Below, piece by piece: positions 1 through 9,621 of a stretch of DNA of 63,972 bases. The notes below the pieces were generated by a model. That model was not told the DNA's origin. It saw only the letters and a list, made by a program, of their open reading frames with translations, and did no database searches. The translations under genes and the position numbers were made by a program. This DNA is from an uncultured Verrucomicrobiota bacterium. GTDB taxonomy: Bacteria > Verrucomicrobiota > Verrucomicrobiia > Limisphaerales > CAIMTB01. Every line of letters starts with the position of its first letter. Within the stretch, counting starts at the first letter, position 1. The stretch covers positions 1 through 63,972 of the forward strand of contig CAYZAE010000015.1 in NCBI GenBank assembly GCA_964476125.1. The letters run 5' to 3'.

Positions 1-237
1 CCGGCCTTTTCCGCGAAAACAGGATCCCCACTGACTTTTCAGACGGGCTCTAAGCAGCAAACCTGACCAGCCATGAGCGATCGAACTGCCGCATCTTTTT
101 GCTCCCCGCCGCAGAGAGTTCCTTCAGGTGATGCGCCAGTTTGAAGTGGCTGGTGAAAAATAGTCGTCACTGCACAGCCGACTTGTTCACGGGCTATTTC
201 CCATGCCCTGGGTGAAAGCCCGCGTCACCAGTTGCTC

Positions 238-265
238 TGGAGTGCTGCGACATGTCGCAGTTTTC
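238..265 (+). repeat. REP-like palindromic element, TGGAGTGC-(hairpin)-GTTTTC type
   Basis: tggagtgctgcgacatgtcgcagttttc contains a perfect 16-bp palindrome, ctgcgacatgtcgcag (245-260). The flanks match elements at 51703-51730 and 63709-63950. Confidence 0.6.
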
Positions 266-334
266 GATTCGCCGAAACATCGCCGCCCAATGTCGGAGCG
301 CGCACCGCCGTATCTTCCCCAGCCCGCGCTGAAT

Positions 335-364
335 CCAAAGCGGTGACATGTCACCGCAGTCCAC
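335..364 (-). repeat. REP-like palindromic element, inverted orientation
   Basis: The reverse complement reads tggactgcggtgacatgtcaccgctttgg, with a perfect 18-bp palindrome gcggtgacatgtcaccgc (340-357). Flanks TGGACTGC...GCTTT are the same as in the 3-prime-end copies. Confidence 0.6.
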
Positions 365-460
365 ACGCCAAGCTCACTCCTCACCCGGTTTGGACCGCGA
401 TCGGAGCTGCGCCCCCTCGCCGCCCGCCGTGAACGCCTACCTTGTCGTGATCCTCAGGCC

Positions 461-1870
461 GTGCATTGTGGGCTCGTGAGCGTCCATCCGGCAGAAGCGA
501 GAAAGAGCAAGCCGAAGGAGGCTCGGAAAGGCCTGATCTGGATTTCCGTTCTCGTCGGGCTCCTGGTCTGGGCGTGCTTCCGTCGCCCGCCCACCCCCGA
601 TCCGTCCCACCAGGGACGCCGCGCTTCGCAGTGGTTCCAAGAAGTGGTTCGCACGTCCGAGGGACAATTCGATGATCGGGTAGCCTTGCGCCATCTGGAG
701 GCGAAGATCGCGATCGCCCGCCTGGGCACGAACGCGATTCCGGTGCTGGTGGAAGGTGCGCTCGCCGCCGACAAGGACACGACGCTGCGTCGGCTGCTTC
801 GGGGGGCGGCGCGTGCGATGGAGGACTTGTTGCCTCTTCCATCCTTTCCCCCTGCGGGCAGGCGCGCCTCGGAGGCGCTCTCGATGCTTGGCAGCTTGCA
901 CCCTTCGGCCGACCTCCTGCGCCCCTGGGTCGAGGAGGCACTCCATGGCTCGCAGGATTCCCGGCTCCGCGCTGTTCATGTCCTGGCCACCGGCCTGGAG
1001 GGGAAAACCACGCTGCCGGAAGCCCTCGTTCAGCCGATCCTCGAAGGCGCCGCTCGGTCCAACGCAGTCCGCGAGACCATCGCAGTCATTTCACGAATCG
1101 CGCCCGAGCAGCTTGGCTCCACCCTCGTCGCCGTCTCCCACCCGACGCGGGCTTACCCGGCCCTGGGACTGCTCTCCCGCGCGGGACTGAGAGGGAGCAA
1201 CGCCGTGCCGGCCCTGGAACAACTGCTGGCCGGGACGAACGAGACGATGCAACTGCGGGCGGCTCTCGTGCTGCTCGAAGTGGTTCCCGAACACACCCAG
1301 GCCCTGAACCGGGTCCGCGAGTGGTCCGGTTCAAACCCGTTCGATCCCTGGAATCAGATGACCCAGGCCGCGACGGCGACGTTGTGCCGCGAAGCGGGAA
1401 GGTTCCTGTGGGTTACGCATCCGGTTTCGGTTGATGCCTTCGTCCACTTCGCACGACTCGAGACCGAGGGCTGGGAACCGAAGGGATTGGCCCATGTGGC
1501 CAGCGCGGCCCTGGAGCGGGTGGCACCGGAGCGGGCCGTGCCACTCTTCCGCGCCCCGATGTCCGTGGAAACCAACCGGGAAACAGTCCGCATCGTGGCG
1601 GCGGGCTCCTTGCTGCGTGTTCAACGAACGAACCAGCAAGCCTTCGAAGTGCTGCGGGAATTCGCGAATACCAACGGCCATCTGGCGCGGATGGCGGCCC
1701 GGGAACTGGGCGAGGCGGGTTCCCAGTTCCCGGCGGCGCTTGAGTTTCTCACCGTCCTGGCAACGTCATCGCCCCAACCCGAGGTTCGTTCCGCCGCGAA
1801 GGTGAGCCTGAGGCAGATCGAGCTGCGCAGCGTCTCCTCCCTGAAGCGCGCCCCGAGCGCTGGTCCCTGA
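461..1870 (+). CDS. HEAT/armadillo-like repeat protein with an N-terminal membrane anchor
   Basis: 469-aa ORF. The track start is GTG and the true start is uncertain. It has a hydrophobic segment GLIWISVLVGLLVWACF followed by repeated helical units (AIPVLVEGAL, AVPALEQLLAG, PEVRSAAKVSLRQI) typical of HEAT-like repeats. Confidence 0.55.
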   Translation: MHCGLVSVHPAEARKSKPKEARKGLIWISVLVGLLVWACFRRPPTPDPSHQGRRASQWFQEVVRTSEGQFDDRVALRHLEAKIAIARLGTNAIPVLVEGALAADKDTTLRRLLRGAARAMEDLLPLPSFPPAGRRASEALSMLGSLHPSADLLRPWVEEALHGSQDSRLRAVHVLATGLEGKTTLPEALVQPILEGAARSNAVRETIAVISRIAPEQLGSTLVAVSHPTRAYPALGLLSRAGLRGSNAVPALEQLLAGTNETMQLRAALVLLEVVPEHTQALNRVREWSGSNPFDPWNQMTQAATATLCREAGRFLWVTHPVSVDAFVHFARLETEGWEPKGLAHVASAALERVAPERAVPLFRAPMSVETNRETVRIVAAGSLLRVQRTNQQAFEVLREFANTNGHLARMAARELGEAGSQFPAALEFLTVLATSSPQPEVRSAAKVSLRQIELRSVSSLKRAPSAGP

Positions 1871-2028
1871 GGGCAGTCCAGTTCGACGCCCTGGGCAAGA
1901 GTGGGAATGCCCGGGCCGGCGATTCCACCCCATCGCCGTTTCGCCGGTGCAGCGTTCGTGCATCGTCGAACTGCGTCCGAACCTGATCCCCAGCCAGCCC
2001 TCCCTCCAGGGTGACTGGTCTCCACGCC

Positions 2029-5000
2029 ATGATCCCGCACCGATGGAACCGTCCCTCGCCAGCACTCGGGTTGCTTGTGCTATCGCTCCTGTCGTTCTTG
2101 AACCCCGCGGCGGCCGCCCCGGTCCGCACGCCCGGCGCCGCCCAGCTGACACTCACGTGCCGGGTCCTCTGGCAGTCCCAGTCGGCCTGGGACAAGAGCT
2201 TTCCCGAAAGCGACCCGCCTTACGCGATGTCCCTGGCCGCCCAGGAAACCGTCACGACCGAGACGAGCCTGGTGCTTGAACAACTGGACGGCACCTGGGA
2301 AATCGTGGAGGAGAAATCCAAGGCCAGCGCTTCCGGAGCCGGCGAATACGGGGTTTCGGGCAAGAACGCCTTCCACAAGACGGTGAGCACCGTTCTGGAG
2401 GATCCCTCGGATCAAGGCGGGTACGTGAGTCTTCGCGCCCTGGATTTTGATGCGGGCGTGGCCACGATCCGCTTCGCCAAGCCTGCCACCATGGCCACGC
2501 CCGAATGTCTGGAGTGCGGCTTCGTGGCGCTTGCGGCGTTCCTGGATTGCCTGTCCTCGATCAATCCCAATTCGAACGCCCCGGCGCCCCAGGAATGCAC
2601 GATCACCTTCAAACCCGGCAACCAGTCGTTCGCCGCCAACAGCTCCACCAACTGGTCCCAGTCGGGCGGGTGCGGCACGGACACCCTTCAGGCGAACTGC
2701 ACCCTGAGCTACACCCCCGGCCTCTGGGAGGCCGTCCTCCTTCCGCCCGACGATCTGCCGGACTGGCTGCCCGCGGCCACCTCGGTGGTCGACAAACCGG
2801 GCAACACCCTCGACGTCCGCGTGGAACTCCGGCATCGCGGGGAGAAACAACCCGCGGCGGACATGACCGGGACCTTTTATGTGACCCTGGAGGACGTTTC
2901 GCAACAGCCCGGCTACTGCGTCAACGCCCCGTCCAAGGACAAGGCCTCCAAGGATCCCGACCTGAAACTTCGCGAAACCGCCAATCTCCTGCTGAACGAT
3001 AGCCAGTCCGGACAAACCGAGGAGGACGCCAACGAGCTCTCCCTGACCCTGGAGAGCCATGATTTCGGCGCCTACGGCCGGCTGCGTGTGGAAGTGGTGG
3101 TGGACGACGGCTCCGTGATCCAGGCCCACCTCGAGTCCGACCCCGGGAAGGACTTCCTCGACCTGCCCGTGGATGAGAACCGCAACCACATCGCCGACGC
3201 CTGGGAGCGTGAGAAGGGCGTGGAGGACTTCCCCGCCACCTGGGATAAGGCGGATCTACCCGCGGGAAACTACGAGCTGGGAGACGGCATCTCTCTTTAC
3301 GAGAAGTATCGAGGTTTCGTCGTTCAGGGATTTCACCAGCGTCTCGAGCCGTGGAAGAAACACGTGTTCCTCTACGATCCCACCGGTTTGGCGCAAATGA
3401 CTCTCGCCGACCCCACGGGCGTCAGCTTCGGCGCCGCTTTGAACTGCGAGATTCTCTTCCTCACCGACGGCACCTGGACCGGGCCCGGCAGCTCCGGAAA
3501 CGGAAAGCGCGTGGTGAACTTCAATTCCAGCGAGGAAGTCCATGTCGTGGACCAGCATGCCCTGCACCTGCGTTTCCCCTTCACCGACTCGCCCACGCTG
3601 CCTTCGGATTACCAGGAACTGTTCAAAGCCAAGTATGGAACGAACGACCTGAGCACCATCGAGGGGATTTTCGGCTGCAAGTATCCCGATCCGGGGGCCA
3701 GCAAGAGATCTCCCGTGGGTGCGCTGGTGATCGAGACGTATGCCAACAACATCGAGGCCTACACGCGCGAGGTCGTCCAGTATCACACCCTGGCCGCCTC
3801 GGAGTTCGCCGGGTACTGGAATGCATCCACCACCGCAGCCCAGCGGATTCAGATGCTGATCCGTTGCAACAACCTGGCCGAGGCTTTCATTCGCGACCAT
3901 CGCGACGACTTCGAACGCCGTAATTGGCTGCATCTGACCACCACACTCACCCACGAAATCGCCCATGGGATCGGGGTCAGGGATCTGACGAAACCCAGAA
4001 ACGTGGGACCCATCGAGTGCGTCATGCGTTACTTCAGCAAAGGCGACTCACCCCGCAACACCAGCGACCGATTTGAGTTCGGTTCGCGGAAGCCCTGGCC
4101 GTCGATCTTATGCGACAGCCCCGTGGGAACGGTCGACAGGATTTCCTGCTGGGGTCAGATCGCGATCAGCGATCGCGTGGCCCCCGCGCAGTCCGCCTCC
4201 CTCGCCCGCACCGCCGCGCGCCCCGACCCAACCCCCCGGTTGATGCGCGGACTTGTCGGCCCCGATCCCACCGTCCATCTCGTCGAAGCGTACCCCACGC
4301 TCCAACTGTCCTGCGCTTTGCTCTGGGAGGATCCCCTGGCCGGCGATCCCCTGCGCGTCGAGGTCACCTTGTCGTCTGCGGCCTACCAGCAGGCGCTGCG
4401 CAAGGCGGCCCTGACCGGAACCGGGATTCCGCCGGGCCTTTTGCATCCCACGCCGGCCACGAACTGGCATGAGGGAGTCGTGCTGACGCTCTGGCGTCAC
4501 GGCCAGGGTGCGTTGAAGGAAGTCCTGGCACGCGAAGCCTGGAAACCGCACCTCCGACCCCAGTCGGTTTCCGCCCTGACCTTCGGCAAAAAGCCGGTGG
4601 CGGTGTCCCGCGAATGGTTGGCGTCGTCCACGGCGTTGAATCTGGAGCCCGGCGAATATTCGCTCTCCGTCCTCTGGGACGGCGACGACCGGGTGGAGGA
4701 TGAAGCCCTGGGTGGCAATGGCTATCTGTCAACGCCCACGCTGCAATTCACGGTGAAGCCCGTCGACACCGACGTGCGGCGGGCGGTTCAGGGACATCGA
4801 CTCGCTCTTCACGCCTACAGCGTGGGAGACACGGAGAAGGCCTTGCAGTGGGCGCAGTCCGCGCTCGTCCTCCCCGGTGCCCGGGAAGTTCTCGGTTCGG
4901 AAGGCACGCCCATTCTCGCGGCCAATGCGGCGCTCAAGCTGGGGCGGTATCGCGAAGCGGCCCTGTTGCTCCAGTCGGCGGAAACCTGGCTGCAAGGCGA

Positions 5001-5262
5001 GCCGGCCATGATTGCGCAGGACTTTCGCCAGGTCCTGTCGCCCGAGATCGAGCTGAGTACGGCGGAAGTTCCGGGCGGTCCGCCCCGATTGACGCTCACC
5101 GGGCTCCCTGACCAAACCTACGAAATCGAGTCCTCGGCGGATCTTGTCCGATGGACCTCCATCGACCATCGCCGCACCGGGACCAACCGCTACGAGGTTA
5201 CGGATTTCACGGCTCCGACCCTCGGAGGAGCCCGTTTTTACCGCGCCGTTTGGTTGCCCTGA
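2029..5262 (+). CDS. large secreted protein with a metzincin-like zinc-protease motif and a C-terminal FYR-type beta domain
   Basis: ATG at 2029 lies inside ORF 2011..5262. Signal peptide ALGLLVLSLLSFLNPAAAAP. HEIAHGIGVRD matches HExxHxxGxxD and is followed by CVMRY, a Met-turn-like motif. The C-terminus is ...YEIESSADLVRWTSI...ARFYRAVWLP. Confidence 0.8.
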   Translation: MIPHRWNRPSPALGLLVLSLLSFLNPAAAAPVRTPGAAQLTLTCRVLWQSQSAWDKSFPESDPPYAMSLAAQETVTTETSLVLEQLDGTWEIVEEKSKASASGAGEYGVSGKNAFHKTVSTVLEDPSDQGGYVSLRALDFDAGVATIRFAKPATMATPECLECGFVALAAFLDCLSSINPNSNAPAPQECTITFKPGNQSFAANSSTNWSQSGGCGTDTLQANCTLSYTPGLWEAVLLPPDDLPDWLPAATSVVDKPGNTLDVRVELRHRGEKQPAADMTGTFYVTLEDVSQQPGYCVNAPSKDKASKDPDLKLRETANLLLNDSQSGQTEEDANELSLTLESHDFGAYGRLRVEVVVDDGSVIQAHLESDPGKDFLDLPVDENRNHIADAWEREKGVEDFPATWDKADLPAGNYELGDGISLYEKYRGFVVQGFHQRLEPWKKHVFLYDPTGLAQMTLADPTGVSFGAALNCEILFLTDGTWTGPGSSGNGKRVVNFNSSEEVHVVDQHALHLRFPFTDSPTLPSDYQELFKAKYGTNDLSTIEGIFGCKYPDPGASKRSPVGALVIETYANNIEAYTREVVQYHTLAASEFAGYWNASTTAAQRIQMLIRCNNLAEAFIRDHRDDFERRNWLHLTTTLTHEIAHGIGVRDLTKPRNVGPIECVMRYFSKGDSPRNTSDRFEFGSRKPWPSILCDSPVGTVDRISCWGQIAISDRVAPAQSASLARTAARPDPTPRLMRGLVGPDPTVHLVEAYPTLQLSCALLWEDPLAGDPLRVEVTLSSAAYQQALRKAALTGTGIPPGLLHPTPATNWHEGVVLTLWRHGQGALKEVLAREAWKPHLRPQSVSALTFGKKPVAVSREWLASSTALNLEPGEYSLSVLWDGDDRVEDEALGGNGYLSTPTLQFTVKPVDTDVRRAVQGHRLALHAYSVGDTEKALQWAQSALVLPGAREVLGSEGTPILAANAALKLGRYREAALLLQSAETWLQGEPAMIAQDFRQVLSPEIELSTAEVPGGPPRLTLTGLPDQTYEIESSADLVRWTSIDHRRTGTNRYEVTDFTAPTLGGARFYRAVWLP

Positions 5263-5428
5263 GGAAGGCCCTCCTCCAACAGAAAGCTGCAAAGCGCGGC
5301 CACGGCATCGAATTCCTCACCGGCACGGGCGGGCGGATCCTGGGCTGAACCCGGAGGGCCTGGGCGACGGTGTTGGCGCCGGTGCGTGCGGACGGATTGG
5401 AGCGTGCCCGCGCCACGGATCGCGGAGA

Positions 5429-6646
5429 TCAGACCAGGGTCCGGTAGGCGCGAAGCAGTTCCGCCACGGATCGTTCCCAGGCCAGTTCAGTGCGGATACG
5501 TTCCAGTCCCACGGCACCCATGCGTTCCCGCGCGGCGGGGTCCTCGAGCAGGGACACGATGGCGTCCCCGAGTCGGGCCGGGGAATTTTCGCCGACGTAA
5601 GCCGCGGCGTCCCCCGCCGAGTATCTTCCCTCACGCACGTCGTACATCACCTGGGCCTTCCCGAACGCCATGTACTCGAGCGTTTTGTTCATCGTGCAAT
5701 GGTCGTTGTACGGATTGATGGGATCGCACGCGACGCCGAGGTCGAGGGTCTGGAGGGCCGAGAACAGGAAATCGTTGGAGACCCGGCCCGGCAGATCCAC
5801 GTACTCCGTGAGGCCGAGTTCGTCCCGGCGTTTCACCAGGTTCGGGTATTCGGCGCCGGTGCCCATGAGCAGGAATTGCACATCCCGCCGACCGAGCGTC
5901 TGCACCACGTGACGTGCGGCTTCGACGAGATGGATGACGCCATCGGCATTCCCCATCACCCCCACATAACCGACCAGGTAGCGCCGGCCCTTGCGCAGTC
6001 CGGGATCCGGCGCCACGCCGCCACGGGCGATTTTGGGAGCGGTGCGCACCACGAAGACTTCCCAGGGCAGCTTCCCGCCGCGTTCGAGGGCGACCGACTG
6101 CACGGAGCGGTTGGTGGCGAGCACGACATCCGCGCAGGCGTAGGTCAGTCGTTCGGCGGCGCGCACCGCCCAGTAGAAGAGACCGCGCCGCTGGAACTTC
6201 GCCTCGAAGAATTCGGGCCAGACGTCATGGACGTCGTAGACGATCCGGGTGCCGAACAGCGCCTTGAAGGGCCAGGCGACGAGGAACAGGAGGTCGGGCG
6301 GGTTGCAGAGGTGGATCACCTGGAAGCGGTGACGACGCCAGGCCTTCCAGGCGAGCCGCGTCTCCCCCCACAACGCCGAGGCGTATTCCCCCAGGAACCC
6401 GACCAGCCCGCCCGCCTCCTCACTGATCCAGTGCCGGTAGACGTGGATCCCCTCCAGGCATTCGTAGGGCTCGTTGTAACCGCGCATGCGGGGGCAGATC
6501 ACCACCACCTCGTACCCGGCGTCGCGCAGGGCGCAGGACTCCTGCCAGACCCGCCGATCCAACGGCACGGGCAGGTTCTCGACCACAATCAGAATGGCTG
6601 GCCGCTTGGGCAGCGGAGCTCCTTCGGCATCGGGCGTCGGCGACAT
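5429..6646 (-). CDS. glycosyltransferase, GT-B fold family 4-like
   Basis: 405 aa with an ATG start. Motifs ILIVVENLPVPLDRRVW, YDVHDVWPEFF and NKTLEYMAFGKAQV are typical of GT4 enzymes in exopolysaccharide loci. Confidence 0.85.
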   Translation of the reverse strand: MSPTPDAEGAPLPKRPAILIVVENLPVPLDRRVWQESCALRDAGYEVVVICPRMRGYNEPYECLEGIHVYRHWISEEAGGLVGFLGEYASALWGETRLAWKAWRRHRFQVIHLCNPPDLLFLVAWPFKALFGTRIVYDVHDVWPEFFEAKFQRRGLFYWAVRAAERLTYACADVVLATNRSVQSVALERGGKLPWEVFVVRTAPKIARGGVAPDPGLRKGRRYLVGYVGVMGNADGVIHLVEAARHVVQTLGRRDVQFLLMGTGAEYPNLVKRRDELGLTEYVDLPGRVSNDFLFSALQTLDLGVACDPINPYNDHCTMNKTLEYMAFGKAQVMYDVREGRYSAGDAAAYVGENSPARLGDAIVSLLEDPAARERMGAVGLERIRTELAWERSVAELLRAYRTLV

Positions 6647-6693
6647 GGAGAGAGGGGGGGCGATGGGGATGAAGGGGCGGTTGTCGGGGGCCC

Positions 6694-6738
6694 GGTTCGG
6701 TTCGGTTCGCTTCGGTTCGGTTCAGGTCGGTCGGGTTC
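6694..6738. repeat. pentamer tandem array, about 9 units of (GGTTC)
   Basis: ggttcggttcggttcgcttcggttcggttcaggtcggtcgggttc lies in the 108-nt spacer between the heparinase-like stop and the GT4 start. Confidence 0.8.
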
Positions 6739-6754
6739 CTGCCGCGCGGGTTCC

Positions 6755-8764
6755 TCACTCGGACTCGCGCAGAATCGTGGTCCGAAACGGCCCCGGGGCC
6801 CCGATCCGCCCGGTGACCATCATCAGGGGACCGGCATCGATCTCGCGGAAGGCGGGGGAACACAGGCCCACGAGATCCCCGATGACAGGGATTCTGGACG
6901 ACACCGGTGTGTCCGAGACCTGGGTCAGCGCGGTCCAGGCCTCCCCAAACGAAACGCTGAAGCGCATGCCCCGACGGCGGCCGACAAAAGTCCGGGGCCG
7001 ATCGGCAACCGGTTCAAAACGCGTGCCCGGCGAAAACTGCCAGGCCACTTCGAAACTCGTGACGCCCGAAACGACGGCTGCGGAGGAACCGGAGGTGTTC
7101 CCCGATGCACGCGCTGCGGCAGCGGATGGGGACAGGAAGGAGTCCTCGATCTGCCAGCCGTCCTTGCCGTCCTCGAGCAGACGTCGGATCTCCCGAACGG
7201 CGGTGCCGTGAGGCATGGCGAGTTCGCCGCGCAGGGTTCGGGCATCGACGGTTTTCCAAGTGGGCCGGGCGTGGTGATCGCCCCAGAGGAACGGGCCCAT
7301 GCGCCGGGGAAAATCCACGCCCGGGACCTGCGGTCCGTTATGGGCGCGCCAGGAGGCCAGCCAGGCGCGAAGCCGGGTGTCGCCGTAATAGGCCCCGGTG
7401 CCGGGATCGATGACCAGCGCCACGCCGCCGAGCCAGAGGGACAGGTGGAGGGCGTCGAGGTGGCCATGGGCGGCGGTGCTCAGGTAACCGAGCGGGGACA
7501 GGTCCCAGCGGGCCTGCCAGGTCCCGGTCCAGCACACGGCGTGACCGGACTCCGGGAACACCATCCATTCCTCGGTCGGTTTCGGACGCTGCCAGGCGGG
7601 AGGATCCATGGGGGCCGGCGGATCCCCAAGCCACCAGCGGAGCGCCGGGCTGCCGGCCGGGTCGGCCATCCATTCCAGCCATTCCTGGCCCGCCTTTGAT
7701 TCGTTCTCGAACAGCGGCACGGCGGTGGCGCTGTCGGAGTCGCCGTAATCCCAGGGTTCGGTCGGCGACTGAATGGCCACGAAGAAATCGGCGGCCCGTC
7801 GGAGCCGTTCCTCCACCTCCGCGGCGACGGTGCGGCCGGCGGCGAGCAGGGCGTTGCGGGTGTGCCAGCAGAGTTCCCAGGAGAACAGCTGGTAATTGAG
7901 GGCCTGCTCCCGGTTTCCGCCGTCGGAGGCGAACTGCGCAAGCACCTCGCGTTCCCATTGGACGTGCAGCTCCGCGAGGGGCGACGCCCAGCGTTCGAGG
8001 GCGGGCCAGCGCGCGAGGGCGGCGATCAGGCCGGCGAGTTCGCCCAGCAGATGGTTGTTCGCGGAGGAGCCGAACGACCGGTGCCGCGACACGTACCAGA
8101 CGTGGGGCGCGAGCAGACGCTCACGCGTCCGCTCCCAGGCGGCGCGGTCGTGGTCCGTGGACGCCGCGTCGAGCAAGGCATCGATCCAGCACAAGTTGAG
8201 CAGACGGATCCCGGCCTCGAGGGCGCTGGTCCAGTTCCAGCCGATGTAGGGCGGGTTCTGGCGCCGCCAGTGGTCCAGCCACTCGAGAAGTTTGCCGGCC
8301 GAGATGGAATCCTCGAGCAGCCAGGCCGCCTGGCCCAGCCGCACCAGCTGCTGCCAGCGGCTGAGTTCCCAGACCGCCTTGATGTCGCAGCCGGCGGGAA
8401 GCTCCCGGTGATTCGCCCGGAATCCGGATCGCGCAGTGGTCACATCGCGGCGCGCCACGTAATCCATGAACCACTGGGGCGGATCATCGACGTACATCAA
8501 CAGGTGTCCGAAGGCGCGCCAGCGACCGGAGAGAATGTCGGCGGCGTCGTTTCGAACCGCATCGGGGAACGATTCGGGGGCCGTGGTGCGGTCCGGGAGG
8601 GCGGGCCAGGCGCCGGGGCGGATGGGGCCGGCGGGGACGTCGCGGAACCGGGGCGGACGCCGGGCATCGGCGCGCTGACGCAGCTTTTGTGCGAGCCGCT
8701 GGCGGAATTCGCCGCCGTCCATGGCGCGAAGCCGATGCCAGTACCATGACCACCCGTGACGCAT
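6755..8764 (-). CDS. heparinase II/III family-like polysaccharide lyase
   Basis: Start taken at ATG 8764 (MRHGWSWYWHRLRAM). An alternative ATG is at 8875. Motifs GWNWTSALEAGIRLLN, SSANNHLLGELAGL and AAHGHLDALHLSLW. The ORF-track extension to 9487 overlaps the divergent HNH gene and was discarded. Confidence 0.75.
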   Translation of the reverse strand: MRHGWSWYWHRLRAMDGGEFRQRLAQKLRQRADARRPPRFRDVPAGPIRPGAWPALPDRTTAPESFPDAVRNDAADILSGRWRAFGHLLMYVDDPPQWFMDYVARRDVTTARSGFRANHRELPAGCDIKAVWELSRWQQLVRLGQAAWLLEDSISAGKLLEWLDHWRRQNPPYIGWNWTSALEAGIRLLNLCWIDALLDAASTDHDRAAWERTRERLLAPHVWYVSRHRSFGSSANNHLLGELAGLIAALARWPALERWASPLAELHVQWEREVLAQFASDGGNREQALNYQLFSWELCWHTRNALLAAGRTVAAEVEERLRRAADFFVAIQSPTEPWDYGDSDSATAVPLFENESKAGQEWLEWMADPAGSPALRWWLGDPPAPMDPPAWQRPKPTEEWMVFPESGHAVCWTGTWQARWDLSPLGYLSTAAHGHLDALHLSLWLGGVALVIDPGTGAYYGDTRLRAWLASWRAHNGPQVPGVDFPRRMGPFLWGDHHARPTWKTVDARTLRGELAMPHGTAVREIRRLLEDGKDGWQIEDSFLSPSAAAARASGNTSGSSAAVVSGVTSFEVAWQFSPGTRFEPVADRPRTFVGRRRGMRFSVSFGEAWTALTQVSDTPVSSRIPVIGDLVGLCSPAFREIDAGPLMMVTGRIGAPGPFRTTILRESE

Positions 8765-8917
8765 GTCCCTTGAAGTTGGGGGAGCAGGCCCCGGGACGTC
8801 GAGGCGTCCGTGAATCTCCTGGATTTGGAACGGGACGGTGACGATCGGGTGTTTTGGTCGGGGCCCGGTTGACATCGAAATGACGGGCCGGCTAGGGTCA
8901 GGGTCATTGTTCAGGGC

Positions 8918-9538
8918 ATGAGCAACTACCTCTGCCAACAGGTGTTGGTGCTCAACCGCCTGTGGCAGGCTGTCAATGTCTGCTCCGTGCGGCGTGCGCT
9001 CACGCTTCTCTTCCAGGGTCAGGCCCAGGTCGTGCTTGAGGCCGGTGACGGATCGTTCGACACCTACAGTTTCCGCGAGTGGCGGGATCTGTCGGAGGAC
9101 GAACCCCATCCCGAAAGCATCCACACCATCTCGTTCAAGATCCGGATCCCCCGGGTGATCCTGCTGATGGTCTTCGACGAACTGCCCGCGAAGGAGGTTA
9201 AGTTCACGCGGCACAACATCTTCGAGCGCGACAAGAACACCTGCCAGTACTGCGGCCGGATCTTTGATCGCAAGGACCTCAACCTCGATCATGTCGTGCC
9301 CCGCGACCGCGGGGGGCCCACCACCTGGGAAAACATCGTCTGCTCCTGCATCCCGTGTAACACGCGGAAAGGAAACCGGACCCCCCAGGAAGCCCACCTG
9401 CGCCTGGTTCGCAAACCGCGCCGGCCCAAGTGGCGGCCGTTCCTGCACGTGCAATTCGGCCTCCCGGCGCACCCGACCTGGAAACACTTCATCGATCTCG
9501 CGTACTGGAACGTCGAACTCGGCGAGGACCTGAGCTGA
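8918..9538 (+). CDS. HNH endonuclease family protein
   Basis: 206 aa. Motif CQYCG...LNLDHVVPRDRGGPTTWENIVCSCIPCNTRKGNR is an HNH/zinc-finger motif. The N-terminus QVLVLNRLWQAVNVCSVRRAL is typical of the widespread stand-alone ~200-aa HNH family. Confidence 0.85.
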   Translation: MSNYLCQQVLVLNRLWQAVNVCSVRRALTLLFQGQAQVVLEAGDGSFDTYSFREWRDLSEDEPHPESIHTISFKIRIPRVILLMVFDELPAKEVKFTRHNIFERDKNTCQYCGRIFDRKDLNLDHVVPRDRGGPTTWENIVCSCIPCNTRKGNRTPQEAHLRLVRKPRRPKWRPFLHVQFGLPAHPTWKHFIDLAYWNVELGEDLS

Positions 9539-9555
9539 GCTGAGCTGATCTGACC
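9531..9555. repeat. pentamer array (TGAGC)3-TGATC-TGACC spanning the HNH stop codon
   Basis: tgagctgagctgagctgatctgacc. Every unit carries TGA, so stops occur in several frames. Confidence 0.7.
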
Positions 9556-9621
9556 CGTCGGACGGTCACGGCTCCCAGACCCGGCCGGCGAACTGTCTGC
9601 GCCGTCGCCCCCCGGCGGTGC

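Noticed and set aside
1-230. Possible truncated gene at the window start
   Set aside because: Only short frames are present, for example a 23-codon plus-strand ORF from 73 and a minus-strand frame ending at about 55. There are no recognisable motifs, so it is left unannotated.
5144-7699. 851-aa plus-strand ORF, representative of similar long shadow ORFs (12812..15325, 16276..18294, 22458..24233, 26257..27939, 39164..41146, 42273..43643, 51611..52957, 56323..57741, 58079..59626, 60975..62324, 62303..63775)
   Set aside because: All lie antisense to, or out of frame with, genes that have clear family motifs. Their translations are Arg/Pro/Gly-rich without motifs. Stop codons are rare in all frames of GC-rich DNA.
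8765-9487. N-terminal 241-codon extension of the heparinase-like ORF (track ORF 6755..9487)
   Set aside because: The extension overlaps the well-supported divergent HNH gene on the other strand and has no family motifs. The conserved N-terminus WYWHRLR begins right after ATG 8764.
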